64,000 nucleotides of DNA from Bacteroidota bacterium (GTDB lineage: Bacteria > Pseudomonadota > Alphaproteobacteria > Rhodospirillales > Magnetospirillaceae), in the NCBI GenBank assembly GCA_050259735.1, contig JBLNBE010000066.1:33060-97059 (forward strand), given 5' to 3'. Under the pieces are notes generated by a model. It was not told the DNA's origin. It saw nothing but the letters and a program-made list of their open reading frames with translations, and searched no databases. Shown piece after piece: positions 9,293 through 17,408 of this stretch (position 1 is its first letter; each line of letters starts with the position of its first letter). The translations under genes and the position numbers were made by a program.

Positions 9293-9474
9293 ACCCCACC
9301 CAGCAACGGTCGGCCGAACAGCAGGCGCAGGCCGTTGAGTACGGCAAGATCGGCGGCGACCCGAGTGGCGTCGGCCGGGCATTGGGCCAAATGCTCGGCC
9401 ACCTCGGCCCGGCGCCACGACGGCAAGGCGTCGTCGACGAAGGCCAGCAGGTCGCCCTCGGTCACCGCCATCAT
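9271..9474 (-). CDS. Small protein resembling the N-terminal (zf-HC2-like, degenerate) domain of anti-sigma factors
   Basis: 67 aa. The segment DLLAFVDDALPSWRRAEVAEHLAQCPADATRVAADLAVL follows the anti-sigma pattern, but HxxxCxxC is degraded to HLAQCPAD. No TM and no sigma gene nearby. Its start overlaps the upstream stop (ATGA), and its 3-prime end overlaps the cbiG/cobJ end by 22 nt. Confidence 0.35.
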   Translation of the reverse strand: MMAVTEGDLLAFVDDALPSWRRAEVAEHLAQCPADATRVAADLAVLNGLRLLFGRPLLGGVYTSFLA

Positions 9475-9911
9475 GGCCGTACGCTCCCGCTGGGCATCTG
9501 GGATTGTTGCGGAGCCGTCTCGATGGTCGCCGGCGCGCAGCGGGCGCGCGCCGAATCCAGGCTGCCGGTGGTGTCGACCCGGCAGATGACGATCTCGCCG
9601 GTGATGCGGTTGATGCGCCAGGCGGTCTCGCGGTCGCCGGCCACCATCTCGTAAACGGTGTCGCCGCCCTGGTGGGGCGCGGCTGGCGCCCGCGCCTGCT
9701 GTTCCTGCGCCAGGGCCGGGGCGCCGATCAGCACCAACACTGCGGTAATGCCAACGGTCGAAAGGTTCGACCGTTGGCCGGCCGCAAGTGCGGCCGCGCG
9801 CCTAATGGCGCGGGAGCCTAGGCGGACGGAGGTCCGCCGCCCGGCGCTTGAGGGTGCCGAAAGGTCTGGCCGAAGGTCGGGCCTTCCGGCCATTGGTATA
9901 AGGGCGCGCAT
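9471..9911 (-). CDS. Hypothetical membrane-anchored/secreted protein
   Basis: Start chosen at ATG 9911, preceded by GAGGAA and lying 4 nt after the upstream stop. Hydrophobic segment LSTVGITAVLVLIGAPALA, then an ~85-aa domain with two Cys. No recognisable family. Confidence 0.4.
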   Translation of the reverse strand: MRALIPMAGRPDLRPDLSAPSSAGRRTSVRLGSRAIRRAAALAAGQRSNLSTVGITAVLVLIGAPALAQEQQARAPAAPHQGGDTVYEMVAGDRETAWRINRITGEIVICRVDTTGSLDSARARCAPATIETAPQQSQMPSGSVRP

Positions 9912-9915
9912 GGCC

Positions 9916-10353
9916 CTATTCCTCGTCCGCATCGGGGCTGTCGCCCGAGGGGTCGTCGGACGGCGTGGCGGCCATCTGCTGCAACAGGCTCTCGACGCGG
10001 CCGCGCACGTCGGGATCGTCGCGCACGGTCAGCGCGATCTCGTTGTAGCGGGCAACGCTCAGACCGTCGCGCTCAACCGCAGACTTCATGTCGGTCAGGG
10101 CGCTGTGCTTGATCTCCTCCAGCCGCGCCGGATCGTTTTCGTCACGCATCAGCATCATATAGCCGTGCTGGACGCCGACCAGCCGCAGGAACGAGGCGAC
10201 GAAGGCGGACAACTCGCCGTCGTCCGGGGCGTTGGCCGTGGGGGCCGTCTGTTCGGGCTGCTCGCCCGCCGTCTGTTCGGCAGCGGCGGCCGGCGTGGCA
10301 ACGGCTAGCGCCAGCGCCAGCAGCAGGGGGGTGAAAAGCGGCGATCGGGGCAT
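9916..10353 (-). CDS. Secreted DUF4168-like protein
   Basis: From ATG 10353 ([25 protein letters not shown] signal peptide). The helical repeat body ([45 protein letters not shown]) is reminiscent of DUF4168. Family call is from memory. Confidence 0.5.
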   Translation of the reverse strand: MPRSPLFTPLLLALALAVATPAAAAEQTAGEQPEQTAPTANAPDDGELSAFVASFLRLVGVQHGYMMLMRDENDPARLEEIKHSALTDMKSAVERDGLSVARYNEIALTVRDDPDVRGRVESLLQQMAATPSDDPSGDSPDADEE

Positions 10354-10504
10354 CGGCACCTCGCAACGGGCTGAAGGAAGACCTGTCCACGGCAAATGCG
10401 CGCCGCCCGGCGGGTGTTCCCACGTCGTCCGGTGGGAATGCTGGCCTCTTTTAGGGTCTGGGGTTATCCTCTCGGCTCGTTTTTTCGCCGAGCATCAGGA
10501 TTCC

Positions 10505-11263
10505 ATGACCGTCCACTTCATCGGCGCCGGCCCCGGCGCCCCCGATCTGATTACCGTCCGTGGCCTTGGCCTTATCCGCAAGTGCCCGGTCTGCCTGTAT
10601 GCCGGCTCGCTGGTGCCGGCCGAGATCGTCGCCGAGGCCCCTGCCGGCGCCCGCGTGCTCGACACCGCCTCCATGCATCTGGACGAGATCATCGCCGAGA
10701 TGGAGGCCGCGCACGATGCCGGCCTGGAGGTCGCCCGCGTCCATTCGGGCGATCCGTCGATCTACGGCGCCGTCGCCGAACAGATGCGGCGGCTGGATGC
10801 CCTGGGCATTCCCTACGACGTCACGCCGGGCGTGCCGGCCTTCGCCGCCGCCGCCGCCGCGCTGTCGACCGAGCTGACGTTGCCCGACGTCAGCCAAAGC
10901 ATCATCGTCACCCGCACCGCCGTGCGCTCCAGTTCCATGCCGGACGGCGAGGATCTGACGACGCTGGGCAAAAGCGGCGCGACGCTGGCGATCCACCTGT
11001 CGGTGACCAACCTGAAGAAGGTGGTGGACGAGCTAACCCCGCTTTATGGCGCCGATTGCCCGGTGGTGGTGGCCTATCGGGTGTCGTGGCCGGACCAGGC
11101 CTTCGTGTCCGGCACGCTGGCCGACATCCGCGACAAGGTCAAGGCGGCCGGCTTCACCCGCACCGCGCTGATCCTGGTCGGCCGGGTGCTGGACGGCGCC
11201 GATTTCACCGATTCCCGGCTCTATGCCGCCGACCACACGCATGTGCTGCGCCCCGCCAAATAA
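10505..11263 (+). CDS. cobM: Precorrin-4 / cobalt-precorrin-4 C11-methyltransferase CobM/CbiF
   Basis: [21 protein letters not shown]...[15 protein letters not shown]...[10 protein letters not shown]. 252 aa. Confidence 0.9.
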   Translation: MTVHFIGAGPGAPDLITVRGLGLIRKCPVCLYAGSLVPAEIVAEAPAGARVLDTASMHLDEIIAEMEAAHDAGLEVARVHSGDPSIYGAVAEQMRRLDALGIPYDVTPGVPAFAAAAAALSTELTLPDVSQSIIVTRTAVRSSSMPDGEDLTTLGKSGATLAIHLSVTNLKKVVDELTPLYGADCPVVVAYRVSWPDQAFVSGTLADIRDKVKAAGFTRTALILVGRVLDGADFTDSRLYAADHTHVLRPAK

Positions 11264-11309
11264 GGCGGGCGCAATTTAGCCATAAACGTTGACGATAACG
11301 GGAGGGCGG

Positions 11310-11510
11310 CTATTCGTTGGCCGCCTTCAGCACGGCGCGGGCTTCGTGTTCATCGATCTGATGAAGATCGTTCAGATGGATTTCCCAATTGTCGACGAAT
11401 TCCTGTACCGCCAGGGTCAGGCACTCCGACAGGGGCCGATCGGTCGCGGCGGCCAGCGCCTCGAGCCGGTCTTTCAGCTCGGTGGAGATGGTGACGGCCA
11501 GGGTTTCCAT
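11310..11510 (-). CDS. Ribbon-helix-helix (CopG/antitoxin-like) protein, orphan
   Basis: 66 aa from ATG 11510. METLAVTISTELKDRLEALAAATDRPLSECLTLAVQEF fits the beta-strand plus two helices RHH pattern. No toxin-sized ORF on either side. Confidence 0.55.
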   Translation of the reverse strand: METLAVTISTELKDRLEALAAATDRPLSECLTLAVQEFVDNWEIHLNDLHQIDEHEARAVLKAANE

Positions 11511-11573
11511 GCTTTCGTCCTCTGATGGCCCCGCCAAACGGGAGGGCAATACTCTACATCCAATGTCACGTCG

Positions 11574-13781
11574 TTGCCAGTTCCGAGACACCCCGGCGCC
11601 ATGCTAGAAACCCCCATGCCCGATCGCCCCCCCCCTTCGCGCCGCACGGCGCCCTCGCTCGAGATCGACCCCAGCGACCGCCTGCTTCCCAGCGGCGGCA
11701 ACGACGAACCGCCGCGTGGCGGCGGGCATGGGTTCGGCGGATTTCGTTTCGGTGGCGGTGGTGGTGGCGATGACGGCGCGGATCGGCCGCCGCCGCGCAA
11801 GGCCAAGACGCCGAAGCCGCCCAAACCGCCCAAGCCGCCGCGTCAGAAAAAGTCCGGCGGCGGCGGTGGCCGGCGCTGGGCCAAGCGGCTGGTGGTGTGG
11901 GGGCTGACGCTGGGTATCTGGGTCGCCATCGGTCTTGGCGGGCTGGTGGCCTATTACGCCGTCGACCTGCCCAATATCGACCAGATGACCGCGACCACGC
12001 GCCGGCCCAGCGTGGTGTTCGTTTCGGCCGAGGGCGAGACCTTCGCCGCCTATGGCGACATCTACGGCCAACCGCTGGACCTGGCCGACATCGCGCCGGC
12101 TATTCCCCAGGCGGTGATGGCGACCGAGGACCGCCGCTTCTACAAGCATTTCGGCCTCGACGTCTGGGGCCTGGCCCGCGCCGTGGTGACCAATCTGCGC
12201 GCCGGCCATGTGGTGCAGGGTGGCTCCACCATCACCCAGCAGCTCGCCAAGAACCTGTTCCTCAAGCCTGACCGCACGCTCAAGCGCAAGGTGCAGGAAC
12301 TGCTGATGGCGCTGTGGCTGGAGCATCGCTTCAGCAAGGAACAACTGCTGACGCTTTACCTCAACCGGGTTTATCTTGGTTCCGGAACGTTCGGCGTGGA
12401 CGCGGCGGCCAAGCGCTATTTCGACGTGTCGGCGCGCAACGTCAATCTGTACCAGGCGGCGGTGATCGCCGGCCTGCTCAAGGCGCCCAGCCGCTACAGC
12501 CCGCTCAACGACCCTGAAGCCAGCCACAAGCGCACCGTCGATGTACTGCAGAACATGGTCGAGGCCGGCTATATCGACCAAAAGACCGCCGATTACGCCG
12601 CGCTGACCGGCGCGGCGCAGATGGTGCGCCGCCCGCTGCCGGCTGGTCGTTATTTCGCCGACTGGATCATGTCCCACCTGGACGAGATGGGCGAGATCCA
12701 GGGCAAGGACATCGTGGTGCGCACCACCCTGGATTTGGGTCTGCAGCGCAAGGCCGAAGCCGATCTGAAGGCGATGTTGGATGCCAATGGCGCCAAGTCG
12801 CAGGTCGGCCAGGGCGCGGTGGTGGTGCTCAGTCCCGACGGCGCCGTGCGCGCGCTGGTCGGCGGCAAGGATTACGACGACAGCCAGTTCAACCGCGCAA
12901 CGCAGGGTCTGCGCCAGCCCGGCTCGTCGTTCAAGCCGTTCGTCTATCTTGCCGCCATGGAAAAGGGCTTTTCGCCCGACGACGTCTTCGAGGACGCCCC
13001 CATCCACCTGGGCAACTGGTCGCCGGGCAATTACAACGGCAAGTTCGAAGGGCCGGTGACGCTGCACCATGCCTTCGCCAACTCCACCAACACGGTGGCG
13101 GTGCGGCTGATCGAACAGGTCGGGCCGGCCCGCGTCATCGCCCAGGCCCACAAGATGGGCATCACCTCGGAACTGCGTAACGACGCCTCGCTGGCGCTGG
13201 GCACTTCGGAAACCAACCTGCTGGAACTGACCACCGCCTACGCCCCCTTCGCCAATGGCGGCGAGGGCGTCACCGCCTTTGGCGTCGACAGCGTCACCGA
13301 TCCGCAGGGCAAGGTGTTGTGGAAGCGCCAGGGCGGCGGCTTCGGCCCGGTGATGTCGGACCGCGCGCTTGCCCATATGCACGAGTTGATGCAGGCGGTG
13401 ATGACCGAAGGTACCGGCAAGGCCGCCCGGCTGGACCGCCCGGCCGCCGGCAAGAGCGGTACCACCCAGGATTACCGCGACGCCTGGTTCATGGGCTACA
13501 CCGCCGATTACGTCTGCGGCGTCTGGCTTGGCAACGACGACCAGCGCCACGAGATGAAAAAGGTCACCGGCGGCGGTCTGCCGGCGCAATTGTGGAAAAG
13601 CATCATGCTGAGCGCCCATAAGGGCCTGCCGCCGCGTCCGCTGCCCACCCCCGACCTCAGCCCGCCGCCCGGCAGCTTTGCCGGCGATGGTCCCGGTTCG
13701 CTGGTCAACGACGTCGGCGACGCGGTGAATTCGGCGGGCAACGCGCTGGACAGCCTGATCAACAGTATCTTCGGACGCTGA
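11574..13781 (+). CDS. Class A penicillin-binding protein (PBP1A family transglycosylase/transpeptidase)
   Basis: GT51 motifs (ATEDRRFYKHFG, GGSTITQQLAKN, RKVQELLMALWLE). Transpeptidase motifs SSFKP, STN-type (ANSTNT) and KSGTT. Start is uncertain (in-frame ATGs at 11574, 11601, 11616). Gly/Pro/Lys-rich cytoplasmic N-terminus. Confidence 0.9.
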   Translation: MPVPRHPGAMLETPMPDRPPPSRRTAPSLEIDPSDRLLPSGGNDEPPRGGGHGFGGFRFGGGGGGDDGADRPPPRKAKTPKPPKPPKPPRQKKSGGGGGRRWAKRLVVWGLTLGIWVAIGLGGLVAYYAVDLPNIDQMTATTRRPSVVFVSAEGETFAAYGDIYGQPLDLADIAPAIPQAVMATEDRRFYKHFGLDVWGLARAVVTNLRAGHVVQGGSTITQQLAKNLFLKPDRTLKRKVQELLMALWLEHRFSKEQLLTLYLNRVYLGSGTFGVDAAAKRYFDVSARNVNLYQAAVIAGLLKAPSRYSPLNDPEASHKRTVDVLQNMVEAGYIDQKTADYAALTGAAQMVRRPLPAGRYFADWIMSHLDEMGEIQGKDIVVRTTLDLGLQRKAEADLKAMLDANGAKSQVGQGAVVVLSPDGAVRALVGGKDYDDSQFNRATQGLRQPGSSFKPFVYLAAMEKGFSPDDVFEDAPIHLGNWSPGNYNGKFEGPVTLHHAFANSTNTVAVRLIEQVGPARVIAQAHKMGITSELRNDASLALGTSETNLLELTTAYAPFANGGEGVTAFGVDSVTDPQGKVLWKRQGGGFGPVMSDRALAHMHELMQAVMTEGTGKAARLDRPAAGKSGTTQDYRDAWFMGYTADYVCGVWLGNDDQRHEMKKVTGGGLPAQLWKSIMLSAHKGLPPRPLPTPDLSPPPGSFAGDGPGSLVNDVGDAVNSAGNALDSLINSIFGR

Positions 13782-13782
13782 C

Positions 13783-14553
13783 ATGCCCCTGCGCTTTCTG
13801 CGCCGCCTGAGCGGCGACCGCCGCAGCGCCGATGCCAACCGGCATCTTGGCCTGTCGCTGGCCTTCGTCGCCGGGGCGATGAATGCCGGCGGCTTCCTGG
13901 CGGTTGACCAATACACCTCGCACATGACCGGCATCGTCTCGTCGGTGGCTGATAATCTGGCCATCAACAATCTGGAGTTGGTTCTGACCGGTATCGGCTC
14001 GGTGGCGGCCTTCGTCGCCGGTGCCGCCTATTCGTCTGTGCTGATCAATTGGGGGCGTCACCACCGCACCCATTCGCGCTACGCCTATCCCCTGCTGTGG
14101 GAGGCCGGGCTGCTGCTGGTGTTCGGCCTGATGGGCGGCACGCTGGAACTGAAAAGCGGCTTCATCTCCATCACGGTGACGCTGCTGTGCTTCATCATGG
14201 GGCTGCAGAACGCCATCATCACCAAGGTGTCGAACGCCGAGATCCGCACCACCCACATGACCGGCATCATCACCGATATCGGCATCGAGCTGGGCAAGAT
14301 GGTGTATCTCAACTCGCAGGACGCCTCGGCCCATTACCAGCCGGTGCGCGCCAATTGGCGCCGGCTCGGGCTGCTGGTGTCGCTGCTGGCGGCGTTCTCC
14401 AGCGGCGGCGTCGCCGGCGCGCTGGGTTTCAAGTATATCGGCTATGCCTCGACCCTGCCGCTGGCGGCCATGCTGGTGCTGCTGGCCATCGTGCCGCTGG
14501 TCGACGACGTCCGCACCCGCACCCGCCTGCTGTTGCGCGAGCGCCGGCGTTAG
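13783..14553 (+). CDS. YoaK/DUF1275 family membrane protein
   Basis: Multi-TM protein with the characteristic TSHMTGIV and IRTTHMTGIITDIG repeats. Starts 1 nt after the PBP stop codon. Confidence 0.8.
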   Translation: MPLRFLRRLSGDRRSADANRHLGLSLAFVAGAMNAGGFLAVDQYTSHMTGIVSSVADNLAINNLELVLTGIGSVAAFVAGAAYSSVLINWGRHHRTHSRYAYPLLWEAGLLLVFGLMGGTLELKSGFISITVTLLCFIMGLQNAIITKVSNAEIRTTHMTGIITDIGIELGKMVYLNSQDASAHYQPVRANWRRLGLLVSLLAAFSSGGVAGALGFKYIGYASTLPLAAMLVLLAIVPLVDDVRTRTRLLLRERRR

Positions 14554-14719
14554 AGCGGCGAGCGTCAAACTTGACGCACGCCGCAATCAGCGGCCATTGC
14601 GGCCGCGGCCGTGCCGCCCCACAGGGGCAAACGACGCCCGACAGGGCGACCCGGCGCAAAGCGACGGGTGGGCTTCGCCCACAAGCCCGCGGAGGCGGGC
14701 GCCCGGCGAGGGACAAAAT

Positions 14720-15415
14720 CTACACTTCGAATCGATGCAGCCCCGGACCGTGCGCCTTGAGCCAGCGCCGGGGCGCGCGCACGTCGCCGACCAGGCTTTC
14801 CACCACCGCCCAGAAAGCGGGGCTGTGGTTCATCTCGGCCAGATGGGCGACTTCGTGGGCGACCACGTAATCGAGAATTTGTTCCGGCGCCAGAACAAGG
14901 CGCCAGCAGAAGGCGAGGTCGCCGCTGGACGAGCAACTGCCCCAGCGCGAGCGGGTGTCCTTGACGGTGATGCGGCCGGGCTTGCGGCCCAGCCGCGCCG
15001 CCATGTCGTGGGCGCGCGGCACGATCAGACGCTTGGCCTCGGCCTTGAGGAAGTCGGCGGCGCGGCGGCCGACATGGTCGGGCAGACCGGAGACCAACAG
15101 GGCGCCGTCCTCGATCCACACCCCGCGCTGGGCCTGGGGGGCGTGGCGGATGGGGTGCGGCACGCCCAACAGCGGCACGGCGACGCCGTCGGCCAGCACG
15201 ATCTTGCCGGGCAACCGCGCCAGCCGTTCCGCCAACCACACCCGGTGCGCCAGCAGGAAACGCTCGCCCTCGGCCAGCCGCGCCTTGGCCGGCAGCATCA
15301 ACACCGCGCCGCGCGCCGGATCGACCCGCAGCGAGATGCGACGCGCCAGCGCCGAGCGCTTGACCGTTACGCTGACGGCATGACCGCCGAGATCGAGAGA
15401 GAGGGTGTCGGTCAT
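14720..15415 (-). CDS. YgjP-like M48-family metal-dependent hydrolase (DUF45)
   Basis: 231 aa. Carries TRSRWGSCSSSG and the zinc motif VVAHEVAHLAEMNHS. Confidence 0.8.
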   Translation of the reverse strand: MTDTLSLDLGGHAVSVTVKRSALARRISLRVDPARGAVLMLPAKARLAEGERFLLAHRVWLAERLARLPGKIVLADGVAVPLLGVPHPIRHAPQAQRGVWIEDGALLVSGLPDHVGRRAADFLKAEAKRLIVPRAHDMAARLGRKPGRITVKDTRSRWGSCSSSGDLAFCWRLVLAPEQILDYVVAHEVAHLAEMNHSPAFWAVVESLVGDVRAPRRWLKAHGPGLHRFEV

Positions 15416-15419
15416 CCGG

Positions 15420-15552
15420 GAACCCTCTCCCGCTCGCGGGAGAGGGTGGCGCGGAACGCGCCGGGTGAGGGAGCCGGAGACTCACTGCTCCTCGGCTCCC
15501 TCACCCTCCCACTGCGTGGGTCCCTCCCTCTCCCGCTTGCGGGAGAGGGGTG
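15420..15552. repeat. Cluster of three GC-rich REP hairpins (BIME-like)
   Basis: ACCCTCTCCCGC-tc-GCGGGAGAGGGT (15422-15447). GGGTGAGGGAGCCG...CGGCTCCCTCACCC (15463-15506). CCTCTCCCGC-ttgc-GGGAGAGG (about 15527-15549). All lie between the ycgN stop and the M48 start. Confidence 0.75.
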
Positions 15553-15560
15553 GTTTGTCT

Positions 15561-16022
15561 TCACTCCGCCCATGACACGATGTGGTGGTCGAGCGGGCCG
15601 GCGCGGTTTTCGGCGATGACGCGGCCGCGCACCGAGATGCCGGCCGTGTGCACCGTGTTGGGGTCGCCCGACACCAGCGGGTGCCACCATTCCAGCGCCT
15701 TGCCCTCGGCCAGCAGGCGGTAGGCGCAGGTGCTGGGCAGCCAGGTCAGGGTGCTGACCGCCGCGGCGGTCAGTTGGACGCAATCGGGCACGTGCCGCCG
15801 GCGGTCGGCGTAGTCCTTGCACTGGCACGTGCCCAGGTTCAGCAGGCGGCACGCCACGTTGGTATAGGCGATCTCGCCGCTATCCTCGTCTTCCAGCTTG
15901 TGCAGACAGCACTTACCGCACCCGTCGCACAGGCTCTCCCACTCCTGGTTGGTCATGGCTGCCATGGGCTTTGTCCGCCAGAACGGTAAGTTTGTCGTGG
16001 GTACGGATGAACTCTCGGACAT
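15561..16022 (-). CDS. ycgN: YcgN-family cysteine-cluster protein (UPF0260)
   Basis: Collinear with E. coli YcgN as I recall it: LPFWRTKP...[45 protein letters not shown]...[15 protein letters not shown]. The conserved PFW block forces the start to ATG 16022. Confidence 0.8.
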   Translation of the reverse strand: MSESSSVPTTNLPFWRTKPMAAMTNQEWESLCDGCGKCCLHKLEDEDSGEIAYTNVACRLLNLGTCQCKDYADRRRHVPDCVQLTAAAVSTLTWLPSTCAYRLLAEGKALEWWHPLVSGDPNTVHTAGISVRGRVIAENRAGPLDHHIVSWAE

Positions 16023-17208
16023 GCGGATAGATTTCCTCGCGCCAGCGGCGGCCATTGAAGACGCCATAATGGCCGACCTTGGGCGCCAGAAGGTGCTTTC
16101 GCATGAAATCCGGCAAGTTGGCGCACATGCGGTGCGCCGCCTCGGTCTGGCCGACGCCGGTAATATCGTCCTTTTCCCCCTCGACCGTCATCAACGCCGT
16201 GTGGCGAATCAGCGACGGGTCCACTTTTCGGCCGCGGCTGACCATCTTGCCCTCGGGCAGATGGTGTTCGATGAACACGGTCTTGAGCGTCTGCAGGTAG
16301 TATTCCGCCGGCAAATCCATCACCGCCAGGTACTCGTCGTAGAAGTCGCGGTGCTTCTCGGCCGAGTCGCCGTCGCCGCGCACCATGTTGTGGAACAGCT
16401 TCAGATGCTCGCCCACATGGCGTTCGGGGTTCAGGCTCATGAAGCCCTGCAGCTGCAGGAAGCCGGGATAGACGCGGCGGCCACCGCCCTCGTGCACATA
16501 GGGCACGGTGTTGATGACGTGGTTCTCGAACCACGACAACGGCTTGTCGGTGGCGACCTGGTTGACCTTGGTCGGATTGATGCGGGTGTCCATCGGGCCG
16601 CCCATCAGCACCATCGAGCTGGGCTGGCGCGGATCGTCGTTGGCCGCCATCAGCGACACCGCCGCCATCACCGGGATCGACGGCTGGCACACCGCCAGCA
16701 CATGGGTGTCGGCGCCCAGGAAATGCAGCAACTCGATGATGGTGTCGATGTAGTCGTCCAACGTGAACGGGCCTTCGGACAGCGGCACGTCGCGGGCGTC
16801 GATCCAGTCGGTGATGTAGACGTCGTGGTCGGGTAGCAGGGTTTCGACGGTGCCGCGCAGCAGGGTGGCGTAATGGCCCGACATGGGCGCCACCACCAGC
16901 ACGCGGGGGTCGCGGCGGTCGGTCTGGCGCTGGAAGTGCAGCAGGTCGCAGAACGGCTTTTGATAAACCACGACCTCGCGCACCGGCACTTCGGCGCCGT
17001 CGATGGTGGTGGTGGGCAGGTTGAACTGCGGCTTGGCGTAGCGCCGGGTGGTGCGTTCCAGCAGCTCGGCGCCGGCGGCGATGGCGCGGCCCATGGTGGT
17101 ATAGGCCACCGGGATCCACGGATTGCTGAAGGTGGTGCGCAACGCCTTGGCCCACAGGCGGGTGGGGCCAAGCACGGCGTGCTGGAACTCATGGAGATGA
17201 TAGAGCAT
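15913..17208 (-). CDS. phaZ: Intracellular polyhydroxyalkanoate depolymerase PhaZ
   Basis: From ATG 17208, preceded by [30 protein letters not shown]..., [18 protein letters not shown], lipase-box-like AVCQPSIP, and the [16 protein letters not shown] tail typical of this family. Confidence 0.85.
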   Translation of the reverse strand: MLYHLHEFQHAVLGPTRLWAKALRTTFSNPWIPVAYTTMGRAIAAGAELLERTTRRYAKPQFNLPTTTIDGAEVPVREVVVYQKPFCDLLHFQRQTDRRDPRVLVVAPMSGHYATLLRGTVETLLPDHDVYITDWIDARDVPLSEGPFTLDDYIDTIIELLHFLGADTHVLAVCQPSIPVMAAVSLMAANDDPRQPSSMVLMGGPMDTRINPTKVNQVATDKPLSWFENHVINTVPYVHEGGGRRVYPGFLQLQGFMSLNPERHVGEHLKLFHNMVRGDGDSAEKHRDFYDEYLAVMDLPAEYYLQTLKTVFIEHHLPEGKMVSRGRKVDPSLIRHTALMTVEGEKDDITGVGQTEAAHRMCANLPDFMRKHLLAPKVGHYGVFNGRRWREEIYPHVREFIRTHDKLTVLADKAHGSHDQPGVGEPVRRVR

Positions 17209-17386
17209 CGAACCAGTCCCCTTCCCGAGGCAGGACAATCTTGATACTTTTGTTACCCAAAAATGGCGGGACAGGCAATAAAATAATACGCCAAAGACGT
17301 ATATCTAAAGCAACATCCCACCGCGCCCGCATGATGCGGTGCGGCATGACAGAGCGTAGAGGGAAGGAGTTAAGCGGTGCTGAACG

Positions 17387-17403
17387 TTGCTGCAATGCAG
17401 CAA
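17387..17403. promoter_or_regulatory. Perfect palindrome TTGCTGCAATGCAGCAA (contains CTGC-N3-GCAG), candidate PhaR-type operator upstream of phaZ
   Basis: 17-nt perfect inverted repeat in the AT-richer 200-nt spacer upstream of phaZ and 5 nt beyond the cobB stop. No T-tract follows it on either strand. Confidence 0.4.
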
Positions 17404-17408
17404 AATCG

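Noticed and set aside
10330-10341. GGTGAAAAGCGG resembling the GGTGAAAATCC block of cobalamin riboswitches
   Set aside because: It is the reverse complement of the DUF4168 signal-peptide codons (MPRSPLFTP), so it is most simply explained by coding sequence. Only the downstream B12-box-like motif is kept, as a low-confidence finding.
11264-11600. Looked for a toxin partner of the RHH protein (type II TA module)
   Set aside because: The flanks are 46 nt and about 63 nt, with no toxin-sized ORF on either side.
11604-13970. 788-aa minus-strand ORF
   Set aside because: It is antisense to the well-supported PBP1A gene, with an Arg/Gly/Ala-rich composition and no domains.
14562-14577. Palindrome GCGTCAA-ac-TTGACGC just after the yoaK-like stop
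   Set aside because: It is too short, has no T-tract, and matches no operator consensus I know (it is not an FNR/CRP or FixK half-site arrangement).
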